A program made the position numbers and the translations under genes. The notes under the pieces were generated by a model. The model worked only from the letters and a program-made list of their open reading frames with translations. It was not told where the DNA came from and made no database searches. A stretch of DNA of 64,000 nucleotides from the NCBI GenBank assembly GCA_051047955.1, contig JBPGPT010000007.1, positions 1-64,000 on the forward strand, read 5' to 3'. This document shows positions 1-27,800 of the stretch, piece after piece. Position 1 is the first letter of the stretch; each line of letters opens with the position of its first letter. Origin of the DNA: Cystobasidiomycetes sp. EMM_F5. Taxonomy: Eukaryota.

Positions 1-878
1 TAAGTTAGCGGTTAGCTGTTGTTTTCTTATCAATCCATCAATCCAAACTTTGAAGTTGTAGAAGCCATATATGCACACAGCTCCGATTGCTGTACAAATG
101 ACGGCCACTATCGCAGCACAATGGCGAGCGGCAGTGTAGGGAAACTTGCATACCAAGAATTGGAACTGATCTATGTACCAACAGTAATAAGACATTGTTG
201 CAGTACACATAAAGCTTCGGACCTGGCTTGTAGGGTCCAGGGTGCCAATTTCACCTCGTGGCACGAAATATGTATAACACGACTTCTTCCTATATCAACG
301 ACATTATCGAGTAGCGTAATATTTCCCCACTGCAGCGGCGGTAATCAAGCCAGCTATCTTATTCCTATCTAAACGTCCAGGTGCTTTGTCGACTGTCAAT
401 AAGCACCGGAAACTTCATCGATGGGCAGATATATGTCCGTCATGATGTAAGGGGTGGATCGATACGTTGGGGTTACTCGGAGCACCTCGGTGTCCATTTC
501 TAACGTCTGCAAGGATACTTTGTCCAAATCTAGAAAGGCCTCATCGTAGCTGCGCTAGTACCGAAGACCTGGCCTATCGCTGCGTCTATGGCAGTCGCTC
601 TGGACGGTCAATTTCTCACACGCTTGTGTCTATGCTGGTTGATGGTCTGTGATGACCGATGTCAATAGCTCTCAAAGTCAATAGTAAGCATAAAATTCTT
701 CGCCATTGCATGTGTGCAGCTTCTCGTAACGCTGTATGGATGCTGTATGGATGGCTCGCATGTCCCAAAAGTTTGACGTGAGCTGTCAAAAACGACGGAA
801 GGCTGTACTTTATACAACGACAACGGAACTGCTGATTGGCGAGTCAAGTCCGCTGCAAACTTTGTCCCATGCATGTCA

Positions 879-2716
879 TTAGAACATCTTCTTGTGGACT
901 TGAGACAAGATGCTCAGCTGGACCTTCGCCGCAACCGGGTGCGGGGAACTTACTAATATCGGAATCTTCGTTCCAGTCCTCGCTTGACACCCACATCTTC
1001 CTGAAAGTTGACAAACCGCTGAGGATACTTCCGCCTGTAGGTCCCGTTGAATGAGTCAGTCGACGCTCCTGGCACCCAAGAGGAATTCCATCTTCACCTA
1101 TCCACGTTGAGTATTTACGTTCTGGCGGGGCATATATCTTAATCTTTATGTCCTTCAGCGCAAGCTTCTTGACTTCCGACAGGAGACGATCGCCAAACCC
1201 TGGAACAAAAGTGAAACCGCATAAGTGCTGCTCCAATGTGCGGTCGAGACAATATCATACCTCTGCTCAGCGTGGTGCCTCCACTGAGTATGATGTTCGA
1301 GAAGAGACTTTTGCGAAGATCGAGATCCGTCTTGTTTATGGAATCAACCACGACCTGTTGCACCCCTACGCACTCTTGCCCAATAATTTCGGGGTTGAAT
1401 AGGATTTCAGGTGCCCTGAAGCGTTCGGTACCAAGCTAGACACTCTTTCAGCTGCATTCGACACGTTCGATGGTATGCCGCACCCTGAGCGCATTGCCGT
1501 CTGGCAATCTGTACTCTTCAGCACGAGTCCCGGCTTCCTTCTCCTCCTTTACTGGATTCAAGGCCACGTAGCATGCCTTCTCTTTGATTGCGCGCACGAT
1601 CTCTTTCTCCGCCGAGGTCTGCAAGTGGTAACCGGCCTTCCTCAGCAGGAGTTGTAGATGTTCCGTTACATCGCGTCCCGCAACGTCCACCCGGCGCACC
1701 GCATGCGGAACACTAAAACCTTCAAAAACTGGGACAGCGTGAGTAACGCCATCCCCGGAATCTAACACAATCCCGGTCGTTCGCCCAGACGCGTATCTAA
1801 TGTCGCAAGGCCTGCTTCAGAGAGGATAGACCGACAGGCGCAGAATGAGAGGTAATGTGCTTACAAGCTCAGCACAGCTTGTACGCTCATGAATAACGCT
1901 GGCACGTTGAATGTCTCGAAAAAGATTTGAGCTGCTTGTTCCCTATTGTGGGCTGGGTTCAGTGGGGCTTCCGTTAACAGCACAGGATGCTGCTTTTAAC
2001 ATAAGTACGATAGCTTCTCGAAAGCTATGCAAGCCCGCACACACTTCTTCGCTCAAGGTCCGCAGTTCTTCGGTGTAGACATAATTCCAGATGCGTTCCA
2101 TGTCGTCCCAGTCGGTGACAATGCCGTGTTCCATGGGGTATTTGATCTGCGAGGCAGCCATGAGGGCGCACAGGGCATCAGCGCAAAGCGTTTTGGCGTG
2201 CTGTGTAAACCTGGCGTAGCATTCTACCTTGAGCAAGCCACGAAGCTCTTGAGCTTTGCTTCCTATGAACAGATCGCCTTCTACCGCTCCTGCCATGACG
2301 CGGGGGTGCTTTGGGCGTCCGACGCTACAGCGACAGATGAATGGTAATTGATGAGCGAGGGAGACAGGGGTGTTTGAGTGTGTACGGGTTGCCTACAAGG
2401 ACGGAAAGAAGCATTTCGGACGATCCTGTCCTGCGAATCCGGCTTTGATTGTGCCAGATCCATTATCGAGGACGACTGGCTGGTTGAGACGGACTTCCTG
2501 GACGACGCGATGGCAATGCAAACCTCAGTCAGCCTTTCCGCAACCGTTTGAAGCGAAAACAGTAAACACGAACTGCCGGCTCGCTGTTAAGTATCGCGTA
2601 TATTGGCGACAACGCGTAGAGAGCCAGAGTCAGCAGAAAGGACGGAAACGACAAGGCAGGGTCAGCGTTAGTTTCAGACTGCTGTGACTGGGCATATTAT
2701 GTATCGCGTACGGCAT
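879..2716 (-). CDS. ARP1: Actin-related protein 1 (centractin, dynactin subunit), multi-exon
   Basis: Exons give [65 protein letters not shown] and [19 protein letters not shown]; spliced C-terminus EDSDIIHKKMF* (stop 879-881). The proposed start uses a 5-nt exon (2712-2716) and a 10-nt exon (2574-2583). Confidence 0.93.
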
Positions 2717-2854
2717 ATCATCAGTCTGCTTTTGCAGTTGTTTCGGCGTCAAGCTGGCTTGAATAATCTAACCAATGTTGACTTTAAGCCAACTGAGCTC
2801 AGACAGAAAAACGCAGAGCTGCGACGTCTTTATTACTCTCTGATTCATGACATT

Positions 2855-3617
2855 ATGGCCAGGCGTGCGCGATGGCCCGCCTTGCTGATCCTGGCGTTGA
2901 CGGCCTTGTTGCTGATGGCTGTATGTCAAAGCCGACCTAACAGGACGCATCCAGGCTGATACTTCAACTTATAACCCGCTAATCAATTCGAAAGCCTCTA
3001 CCTGCTCGCGGAGCCTTCTCGCTCTCCGGCAGTCCCGCTGGACGGTCGTCCATTTACTTTTGCAAATGCATATGCTTCTCAAACTACACCATTCTTCCGC
3101 TATACCGCCCAGCAGATCCCACAAAACCCTGTTTGAGCTGCACAAAGTGTGCTCGGCACATATACGCCATCTTAAACCGTGAATGCTAATTTCCGCCAAT
3201 GACAGACAGTTTTGTCTGGATCAGCAATTGCCAATCTGCAAGGACGCTAGCAAAGGGCAAGTCGACCCCGACACTGCCACTGGACAGGAGGGCGATGTGC
3301 AGACAAAGTGCTTCCGTGCGTCTGAATTGAGAAGGGAGCGCGGCTTGACTGTATCTGATGTACGGTGCACGATAGAGCGCGACTCTGCTCTCAGCTATAC
3401 AGTAGTAATCTTCTTTATACTCATCACCACCAGTTTGCTCATTGGAGCAGCCATCAAGGACCGCTTGCCGGAAAGTGCGTACCGTGGAGGGATTGCGTCA
3501 ATGTGGAATGTAAGCATGCACAATGGCGCATAGGCGAAACTGCGAGCTTACATGTCGGCGCAGCAACTTTGGCACGCTCGGCCTGGCCGCCGGAATCTTG
3601 CTGGGTTTGCGCGATAG
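2855..3617 (+). CDS. Small Cys-rich single-pass membrane protein of unknown function (~171 aa, 5 exons)
   Basis: Manual splice 2855-2920, 2995-3146, 3206-3315, 3376-3509, 3564-3617 keeps frame. It gives a signal peptide, CKCICFSNYT..PCLSCTKQFCLDQQLPICK..TKCFQRDS, then TM segment YTVVIFFILITTSLLIGAAI. Confidence 0.75.
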
Positions 3618-4085
3618 CCAGCGTTTCCCGCGCTGCATCCTTGAAATTCACGTTGACCACCTTGCTCTACCGTTGGCGATTGGTAGTTTAAAGTCGTCTT
3701 GGGCAGGCGATTGTGATCCTCTCTGCTCTGCCGAGACACGGCGTCTCTGCACCATCGCTACGCGAGGTCTTACTCAATAGACATCACATGCAGAAGACCG
3801 TGCAGCAAGTTGGCGCACGTAGGTTCAAGGCATCTACAGCCAACGGACATTCGTATACGCCTAATGCTCCATACCGCTGCAATGCATTGGTCGGAGACGG
3901 AGCCGTGCAACCTTGGCGGCGATTGCGTAAGGCAAGTGCGACATTGTCGCAACAAGCAGACCTGAGGCTCTCGTCAGAGTCGATATCTATGACTGTCGTT
4001 GTGATGCGATGCGATGCGCGTTGCGTCGTCCGAGACGTGCATTTACGTATTTTTGTATAAAGCATCAGCTTGGGCTCCGCTCGAC

Positions 4086-5015
4086 ATGGCTCCGGCGCCA
4101 AAACAGCGAACCGCAAAGCAGGCTGCGGCACGACGTCGAGCGATACGGGAACGGGTATCGCAGAATGGCCGCGATGACCGCCAAAAGCAGCGCCAACGAG
4201 TCCAGCCCGCCCACGCTGAGCGGATAGCCCGTTTTCATACGCTGGAAAAGCTGAAAGCCCGAGCTCGGGACGACGAGCAAGAGCTGCGGCGACTGGAGAG
4301 CGAGCAGGAGGCGCTCGGAGGGCTGGAAGGGTACCAGTCATCGAGCCTGAAGGGTCAGAATATCGGAGGGCAGAGCTCGAAATGGCTGGTCAATGCTCTG
4401 GAGGATATTCGCGGACGACGGGCGACAAGACTGCTCGACGTTGGAGCGATAGACGGGACAGCGTATCGCAAGTACTCGTCCTTCCAGTGCGACTCTATCG
4501 ACCTGCGACCCTCGCATCCCTCTGTCGTTCAAGCTGACTTTCTGACAATGGAAACGCCGTCAAATGGCAATCTCTACGACGTCGTGTGTCTCTCTTTGGT
4601 GCTCAACTTTGTCGGAAGCATCCAGTCGAGGAGTGAGTAGTGCTGTAGCGGTCACTCGGTTAGACGGCTGACCTCTTTGATTCAGCTGAAATGCTCAAAC
4701 GAGCCAGGTCATTTGTCAAGGACGACGGCTACCTCTACGTTGTTCTCCCACTCGCATGCGTCGAAAAGTGAGTCGCCGTCATCTTCCGTGAGCATCATAC
4801 GCCGACAACGCTTGCTGGCCAGCTCGCGATACCTCGACGTGCCCCGCTTGACTGGCATCCTCAAGTCACTCGGCTGGGCCGTGCGAGCACAGCACAACGC
4901 CAGTCTCCTCACCTACTGGCTAGTGCAAGTAAGCACCCCCGACGACGTCAAGTGGCCGCGCGTCGAAGTCCGTAAAGGCATCAAGCGCAACAACTTTGTC
5001 ATTCTCGTTAAATGA
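4086..5015 (+). CDS. BMT2: 25S rRNA adenine-N1 methyltransferase Bmt2-like
   Basis: LGGLEGYQSSSLKG..GGQSSKWLV, LLDVGA SAM-binding motif, IDLRP, QADFL, LSLVLNFV; C-terminal RNNFVILVK; 2 introns. Confidence 0.85.
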
Positions 5016-5207
5016 CGCAGGGATGTCTGGATTTCCAGCTTGCTTTTCGGGGTAGTCTCAGTACAGTCACTGTCGTTGTACACCACGGACACCATATCCC
5101 CAACAGTTTGTGCCATCTCTTGCCAGCTTCTGGCCAGTCCACCGCCTTTGACGTCGTCTGGCTTGTCTCTTGCCCAACCCACCCAACACCCGAAACCATT
5201 GCCAGCC

Positions 5208-6867
5208 ATGAAGGGCATCACAAAGGCCTTCCAGCGTGCCCCGCACATGCTGACGAGCCGCGTTGGAATGAGCAAAAAGAGCGAAGCCGACGCAATGACG
5301 GCCGGACTGGTGACGAGGTTTGCGACTCTGGAGGGGGCCATCAATACGTTTGTCAAGGACGCCGTCGCTTATCGGGACTCGGTCAACAGTGAGCTGGCTG
5401 GCTGGCGCAGCTTTCCCGTCGTCCGGGCTGACCGTGGACGCCGTCGTGTTTCTGGATATCCTATCCCACGGCAGACTTGCTCAGCTCTTCCACAAACTTT
5501 GCAGCCGCGTTCACTACACTCTTCTCTCCGATGGGATCCGAATCACTCTACGAGTTTGAATCCAAGTTTGTGCGTTTGCGTCCATGTTGCGGCACAAATG
5601 GCCGAACAGCTTGTAGCTCGGGCTGACTATCTGATGATTTCCGCCGCAGCCTCAAGCTAAGCAGACGATCCAGTTCGTGTCGACCTATGAAGCAGTCTTC
5701 ATGGAGCTCCGGGAGACTATTCGACCAGAGGTTGAGCTCATCGATAGCCGCATCCTCGCACCGGCAAAGGAGCTGCAGGAATATACCAAGAAGGCGAGAA
5801 AGGCCATCACCAAGCGAGAGCACAAGGTGTGTCCAAACGTCGATATGACATTCTATCACTAGCAAAGTGACGCATCTTTCGACGGCCGTGCACGCAGCTC
5901 GTAGATTATGACCGACACAGCAACACCTACCACAAGCTGCGCGAGAAGCAGAACAAGACGCTCAACGACGAAAAGAACATGTTTAAAGTAGAGCAAGACT
6001 ACGAGCAGGCGTCGTCAGAATACGAGCATTACAACCGGCTGCTTCAAGACGAGCTGCCCCGCTACTTTGCAGCAGCACAGGCATTCATTACGCCATTGTA
6101 CTCGTCATTTTACTACATGCAGGTGAGGGGATGAGTGTACTGTTTCGGCGTAGAGAGCTAACAATGATATTTGCTGCAGTGTGCGTGTTACAGAGAGAAT
6201 ACAAGACAAAACTGATCGATGCTCTTTTGCAGTAAACGTCTACTACTCGATGCTGGAAAAGCTGCAAGGGTTTGCGAGCGAGACTGGTATGAATGTGCAG
6301 GATGCTGGCGACATAGAAGCCATCTTTTACGAGAAGCAAGGAGATGCAGCGCAGAGGCTGAATGACCTGTCGGTGACCAAGAGGGGCATGAGCACGGCAC
6401 AGTTATTGTCAATTCAGCGCAACAACAGCGTAGGGAGTGGAGCAGGTGGCAGCAGCTATGGCAGGAGCAAGGCGGCGTCTCTCAGTTCCCCACCTGGCTC
6501 TGCTCGATTCACGCCGCCCATCAACCGCACGAGTTCGCACGGCAGTGCGCACAGCGGTGGTGCTGCATTCTCCCCTCCTCCATACTCTGCTGGAGGTAGT
6601 GGTGCTGCTGCACAATCGGCTGCGCCTGGTGCGAAGCGCGCACCTCCTCCTCCGCCTGCCCTCAAGCCGCGACCGTCGACTGGCCCACCTGCGGCCGTGT
6701 ACTGCACCGCGCTGTACGACTACACTGCGCAGTCTGCTGGCGACATCAGTTTCCGCACTGGAGACCGCATCGAGGTAGTCAAGAAGGGGGAAAACGGAGA
6801 CGAATGGTGGACTGGGCGCGTCAACGGGGCGACTGGCCTCTTTCCGTCCAACTATGTGCAGATGTAG
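5208..6867 (+). CDS. RVS167: Amphiphysin-like N-BAR + SH3 protein (Rvs167/Hob1 family)
   Basis: MKGITKAFQRAP N-terminus, KAITKREHKLVDYDRH BAR motif, Gly/Ser/Pro-rich linker, C-terminal SH3 ALYDYTAQSAGDISF..WWTG..GLFPSNYVQM. Confidence 0.85.
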
Positions 6868-7100
6868 GGACGAACGCTTGAAGCCGCGGTAGTGGATATG
6901 CACAATGACGAGTACAATTTGCTCAAAGGCGGTGTTTTGAGCTTGGCGTCTTGCTGAATCGGCGAACACTTGCATGAATCTGAACTGAAGAGTATGCTGC
7001 TTGCCTGAGACGACGAGGAGGACGAGCAGGATACTACCAGAGCCTTGCGGCTGGTTGTTGGCGGAAATTGAGGATATATTGGATTGGAGAATTGGCAAAC

Positions 7101-10100
7101 ATGGCCAGACGTCGAGCAGGATACCGGGAAACGGGAGGATTGGCGTGGAAAGTTTCGTGGATGGTCTCAATGGTACACATGGCCGGCATTATCGTCAGCG
7201 GTGAGCAGGATTAATAGACTGCGCTGGTCGCGAGGCTGGTCGCGAGATTTGGGCTGATTTGGTTTGAAATTGGGCTCAAACGACGACGACGACGACGATG
7301 ATACTCGCAGCCCACTCTTCTACTGACGGTCTCCCTCCACACTCCCGCTTACATCTCCCGAGAAACTTGCGATTTACGAGCATTCGTCGTCAACAGGGCG
7401 CGTTGGTGTCGCTGGACGGCGTAGAGGTGGGGCACTCACGACGTTCAGTACAGCCAGTGCCGTACGATGTGGTCTACGACTCGCTGCCGCGGTGGGACGA
7501 CAGCGTGCTCGTCCAATTCAGTATAGCCGATGGAGACGACGACGATATCAAAGTTAATGGACGCAACTCCCACGCTCAACTCGAGCGAATATCCATGCTC
7601 GTGCACCCCGTCGACAACTTCCTCCACCCAGACGCACGCATAGTGTACACGCAGACCGATCCAAATACCGGACAGTCGCTCGGCCAACAGACGGTCCCAA
7701 TAGCCAGACACGATGTTCTGGCGTACGAAGGGGTCGTGCTGCACGAGCATCAAGTACAGGGTAGACTGGCAGAAGCTAGGATTGGATGGATGAAGGCAGC
7801 TCGTCAATCAAGTGCGAACAGAGGATGGGCGAGGCTCGTGGTGTCGGAGGATGGTGATGAGCACGAGACTAGATGGATCGCTCAAGGGGTGTTCGCAGTA
7901 CACGGCGAGATGCATCACCTCAAGTCGCTGCATGCCTACGACAAGTCTCGTCGCATAGACGAACCTCACTTGTCCAAGCGACACCGGGAAGCACATCAAG
8001 GCATGGTCCTGTTGCGCGACAGAGACCTAGTTACAAGATCACCTACCGGGAAAGCTGAACATTGCGGTCACGACGAGCTCCACTACAATACGGACCCGAT
8101 GAATCCAGCATGGATAACGGCTAGCCAGCTTGCTTTTGACGACCGCTATGGACGCAAGTCCTCTTGGGTGGATAACGTGCTCGGCCTCGGAGACACTTAT
8201 GCACATCCTTCGTCATTCTCCGCTGCAGTTGCATCACACATGCACGGTGCCTTCGTTCGACGACAAAGTACTGGAGGCGATATTCAAAGCGGAGGGACAA
8301 CGGGCAATTTTGCGAGCTCTATCGGATCGACATCGGGTTGTCCTAAATCGTCGCGGGTTCTGTACATGGGCGTGGCTGCCGATTGCACATAGTAAGCGCG
8401 TTGCTTTTCAAACAGAACCGCTTGTCGCCAAGGTCCACAGCTGATGCTCTCCTCGCAGCCTGGCGCACTATGGTGGAAACGTCTCAAGAGCATCGACTCA
8501 GATACTGTCAAACATCAACTCGGTCTCGGCAATCTACCAATCCACCTTCAATGTCTCTATCGGTGTCATTGAATTGCAAATTCCAACGGGCGCCTGCCCA
8601 CGTACCAGCAACTCTAGTCTGCCCTGGAATGTAGGGTGTCAGGAGGGAGGCCCTCCAGGTGTGGATCTCAACTCGAGGCTATCGTTATTTTCCCAGTGGA
8701 GAGGCCAGCAGAGCGGTGATGCTGGTCTATGGCATCTTTTGACTAATTGCAGCACTGGCTCGGAAGTCGGGGTGGCCTACCTGAATGTTCTCTGTCGCGT
8801 CACCACATCGGGAAGCAACGGCGAATACACCTCTGGAACAGCAGTGACTGCAATTACCAGTCGGGAGTGGCAAGTGATGGCACATGAGATTGGTAGGCCA
8901 ATCGTCACTCATAATCCCGGGAGGCATCGACTGAAGGTCATCCGATCTAGGTCACAACTTTGGAGCTATCCATGACTGTACCAATGGCTGTTCTCTGTCT
9001 GGAAGCTGTTGTCCTTTGAGCACGAGTACTTGCAATGGTAGGGAGGGCAGTGTTGGCAAGAAGATTATGACTGATTGGTGCTACGTGTGCAGCCAACGAT
9101 GCGTACATCATGTCGCCTGTGTCTGAGCGCAGCACCACGACATTCTCCCCATGCTCGGTAGGGAATATATGTGTGTAACGGCATTAATACTTAGTTAACA
9201 ATAGTTGGCTGATGATCATCTCCAGGTACGGCTATCGGAACATCACTCAATACGACGTGTCTGTACACCCCTGGCGGTCGCACAGTCATTTCTCTCAACA
9301 AGTGCGGGAATGGTATTCTCGAACCCGGCGAGGAATGCGATCCAGGCGCAGGCCGCTCTTCAGCTTGCTGTGATTCATCAACATGCAAGCTGAGATCTGG
9401 AGCGCAGTGCGATCCGTCGAGCGCAGAGTGCTGTACCTCTTCGTGTCGCTTCGCCTCAAACTCGACCGTATGTCGACCTGCCGTATCCGCTACGTGTGAC
9501 ATCGCAGAAACATGCACAGGAACGAGCGGGGCCTGTCCTGACGATGTGACTAAGCCTGACGGACAGTCGTGCGGAAGTGACGGTTTGGCATGCGCAAGCG
9601 GATTCTGCACGAGCAAAGACTTGCAATGTCGCACGGCAGGTAGCAGTCTCAACATTACCAGCGCTTGTCCAAATGCTGGAGACACGTGGGTCCAGTCGAG
9701 TCTCGCGTTTGATAAGTGCGCTAAATGAACCTTGACCACAGCTCGTGCAGTGTCACTTGCGCTGATCCTCGAACTAATGGTGGATCTTGCATCATTCTCG
9801 ACTCGCAAAACTTCGTTTCCGGGACTCCGTGCGGTTATGGTGGCCGATGTAGAAACGGAGCATGCCAAAGCGGACCGTGGCAGGATGTCGTGTCGAGCTG
9901 GTACACCAACAACCTTCGGATATCGATTCCGGTGACTGTCGTTGGGGGTATCATCGTTCTTCTCCTCCTATACGGTCTTGCCCGCTGCCTATGGCGGTGC
10001 TGCGGCCGAGAGCACCGACGCAACCAGGCCGTTTCTTCACAGTACTATCAGGCTCCGCCGTTGCAGCAAGGTGCCGTACCGCCCGAGCGGATGTCTCAGA

Positions 10101-10186
10101 GCTACGCTGCTGGTGGTCCAAATTGGCAGCCGCAGCAACCCCACCCAGCCTTCCAAGGCGGTTCTAGCAATCCATACTATCGGTGA
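7101..10186 (+). CDS. ADAM-family metalloprotease (reprolysin + disintegrin + Cys-rich + TM)
   Basis: Prodomain with cysteine-switch-like HCGHD, MGVAADCTY, spliced zinc motif HEIGHNFGAIHD, Met-turn YIMSP, disintegrin CGNGILEPGEECDPG..CDIAETCTG, TM IPVTVVGGIIVLLLLYGL. Start codon approximate. Confidence 0.9.
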
Positions 10187-10641
10187 AGTGATTAGTGAAA
10201 GACATTGACAATTTGCAGTATCAAATCGTTCTCCAACGGCAAGCTCAAGCAATCCACTACGTCGGCCCAGAACAAGTCCAATTCTCTTCGCTGTCTGGCT
10301 CTCGCAACGGCATCTCCACACAAACGGACACTGTAACATGGCTATTTGACGTATTGATTTCGTTTCAACGCTGTTGTTGTGGAGTGGATGCACTGAATGC
10401 AATCGTTACATCAAGACGGAAGACTCTGTCGTTGCCATGCTCGTTCCCCATTATGATTAATTGTTGCCCATTTCGTTACGACGCCGGCTTGGTTTGTCTG
10501 ACTTACGCCAACTGAGCCTGGCTCAAAATACAACGACGACCAAAGACTGGCCCATTACCTGACTATGAACGAGTAAATGTACCCATTGCACTGAGAAATA
10601 GCTGGACTCTGGCAAGCTCCGCTGCTTCGAACGGCTCAAAC

Positions 10642-24606
<13,965 letters not shown>

Positions 24607-24822
24607 TTCACAGTCTGCCGTCATGTTGTTGTGACACGCTTGCCCTTCACGCAATGCTCATTCCAATTCTTGTTCGTCATGATCCACTTCATTTTGCTTC
24701 GCATGGACACAAGATACAGATACATTTCAATCTAACCTCCGCTAAAAGCTGCGGTCGCGTCGTCGAGCGTTATTATGAACCCGCATTTAACGTCTAACCA
24801 AGCGTACCTCCGTTGACGAACG

Positions 24823-27800
24823 TCAAGAACCTGCATCGACAACGCTCACTTTCGAGAATACATTTGCAGCGTGTTCAATCGTAAGCTCCACCACTCTGGC
24901 TTTGAGGTGCATCTGTGACCATTCTTGCGACGGATCGGGCGAGCGCATCAATGTTGCTGATCGATATTGACAATCACGTCAGCTAATGTCACACTCCGGG
25001 TACCGTGGTACATACGTCCGAATACAACGCCGAGATTGGCAGGAGTCATCCGATTGATGCTGCTTGCGCGGTGGATCCGATGCAAGTGTAGCATAAGCAA
25101 AGCCATTGTCGCCAGATGTTGCTCTGGTAGCCTGCGCATCAAATTTTCCAACTGTGCTAGCCTCTGGACAGGGTCTGTAATGCTCGGCACTGCGCAGAAG
25201 TCTTGATGAAACTCGAAGGTAAAGAGCGGGTTTGGTAATTGGCGAAAGTAATTTTTAAGCCTGCAATTCCGCAAGGGAAGCCCGTATGTTAGCGAGTATC
25301 GACATCACAGTGGAAGTAACTGACACGGAAGTCACAGCCGAGATGTCATTAAACTTCTCCTCGTCTTGCAAATCGAATGCTTCGCCACGGTCAAAACATG
25401 CAGTGATGAGTTTGGTTTGACCCATACCACCGGACTTGCGATATATGCCTTCATGATCCAGACCAAATGCCTCGACAGCATCTACGCATGCGCGCACGAC
25501 AAACGGAACCGAACGACTTTCAGTAAGGCACTGCGCGACCAGGTCGTTGCCAAACATGGAAAAAGCCGTGGGTTCTTGTGCGTCCTCTGAGATCGAGGCC
25601 TTGGGCGTGCCGGATGCCCCGACAGCAGAGCAATGCCCATGATATAATGGCAGGCACTTTGTGTGACAGTACACGCCACAAGTCTGACAGCGATGTTCTC
25701 CCATTCCCCACATCTTGTCCGTACAATGCTCACAGCGCACGGGTCGAAGGATAGAGATCGGCAAGAAATTATGATTGCGAGAGGGGGTTTTGTCCACAGT
25801 CTGCTGTCCGCGTATCGGAGCGGACGGCTTCGCAAGAATGGCTGGTGCAGCGCGTTCCAGGCCCTTCTTGCTGCCCCATTTGAATTTTCGAACCGCGGCA
25901 TGCGGTACAGCCGTACTGATCTTTTCGGCTGCTATGATTGTGGACGTATCTTCTATTGACTGTTGGGGAGTCATTGGCAAGGATTGCTTGCCGAAAAAAG
26001 GTTGCAGTGTTCTATCCCCGGCCGCATATGCAGACATGGAAGACAATGCCGATATTGGCAACGACATCGCCAATCCATCGTTGGCTCGCACCTGCGTCGC
26101 ATCAGGAAGTACGGATACGCTGCTTGGCGAAGCACTGACCGCTGAATACGCGCTCCTGCCCGACAAATCCTGTGCCTGCAAAAGTTCGGCCTTAATGGCC
26201 TCCACGCTTCTAGTCAGAGTATCGTGCTGCACGGTCAATTCCGCATTCATCTTATTAAGGGTTTCACCTTCCTGGGCGAGAAGGTTGCGTGTCGTCTTGA
26301 GTTCCCCCACTTCGCGTTGTAGGGCATCGCGCTCCTGCGTCAAGCTCTCAAGATCTGCTCGGTAATCCGCTTTCAAAGTCGATAGACGAGCATCGAGGAC
26401 TGCCGACAATCTTTCTGGTGCAGAGGATGCATCATCCCCGGTCCTGTATACAACCCAGTCAGGCGCAGCTCTTGCTTACGAGCAGGGTGCAACTCGCCTT
26501 GGAAAGCTAGCGAGTTCTTCCACCTCGGCTAGAGCAACGTCACGCTCAGCCTTGATTTGGGATAGCTGTTTCTCAATGCCAACCACGCTCGTGCGTAAAT
26601 CGTTGCTACGTATCTGTAGAATCTCTTGTTGCTTCTGTAATTCCTGCAGTTCCCCAATTGCGCCCAGTTTACCTGCTTGCTGCTTCATCTGCTCTTTGAG
26701 CAGGATCATCTGGTATTCGGCGGCCTTCCGAGCTTGCACCTCGCGATCATACTCCTCGCGGGCCATCGAAAACCCTTCAAAGGCTGATCTTGACGCTCGA
26801 CGAATGGCATTATAGTTTCTTTGCAAATCTTTCATTTGCTCTTTCGTTTGTTCCAGCTCTGCCAGCAGTGATTCCACCAAGTCCACATCAAGTGTCATAT
26901 CAGCGGCCGCGCTTGTAACGGGCGACGCTCCGACCGATATGCTGTCGCTCCGTGACCGACGCATGCTTTCCCTGACCTTCTCAACTGCCTCTTTTGTTCT
27001 TTTTTCTACGCTGAAGTCTGTGCCCTGGAAGCCGGTACGCACGTTCGTCGATTTGCGTCGCTTCAGGCTTCCAGCAGATTTGGTGTTCAGGCCAGACGCC
27101 ATTGGCGATGCCGATGTCGTTTCGACATCCTGTTGTGATTCCGCATAGTTTCGGCTGCTTTTTCGGATCGGAGAAGCGTGAAGAGCATGCGACGGAATGT
27201 TGCTCTTGTTAGCAGATGAACTAGTGACACGTACACGGCCTTCTTGGGTACTGTTGAGGCTGACGTTTACCAAGATTTGCTCCGGCGTAAAGATATCTCC
27301 CGGCGATCTATTGCTTGAGGGCGCAGCGGCGTCCACAGCCATGAGGTGCTGATTGCGTTCGTCAGTGTAAGGAAGACTGGTAGAAGCCAAAGCAAGACCT
27401 GTGCTGCTTCTCCTAAGGGCGCTGGGGTCGGCGACGGCATCAAGGAAGACCAGAATATCGGGATCGTTCAAATGGTCAGATTGACGATGTGGATCTACTT
27501 TACTGTTCACGGTAGGCGTAGATTTTGGTGACGATGGGGCACTCGATCGTTCCCCGCCTCCGCCTGACCGCGGTATTGCCAGTGGGACTGGGCTTGCAGG
27601 ATCTTGACGAGGAATTATGTGTAGAGGTTGCGTCCTGATGTCTGTGGCAACCTCATCGGCTAGATCGTATTCTGAACCTGACGATCCACTAGCCTGAGCC
27701 GAAGTCAACAAGCCTGGCGTTCGCGGAGCAGACTTGGCCGGTGAATGTGCCAGCGGAGACAGCGGACGCTGAGTATTGCATGTGCCGCGATCTGTGGGAT

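Noticed and set aside
1..840. Short ORFs at the window start
   Set aside because: No recognisable protein motifs or consistent exon chain; left unannotated.
7281..7298. (GAC)n tracts here and near 46925, 59124 and 60339
   Set aside because: Ordinary short microsatellites with no spacer structure; not CRISPR or mobile-element ends.
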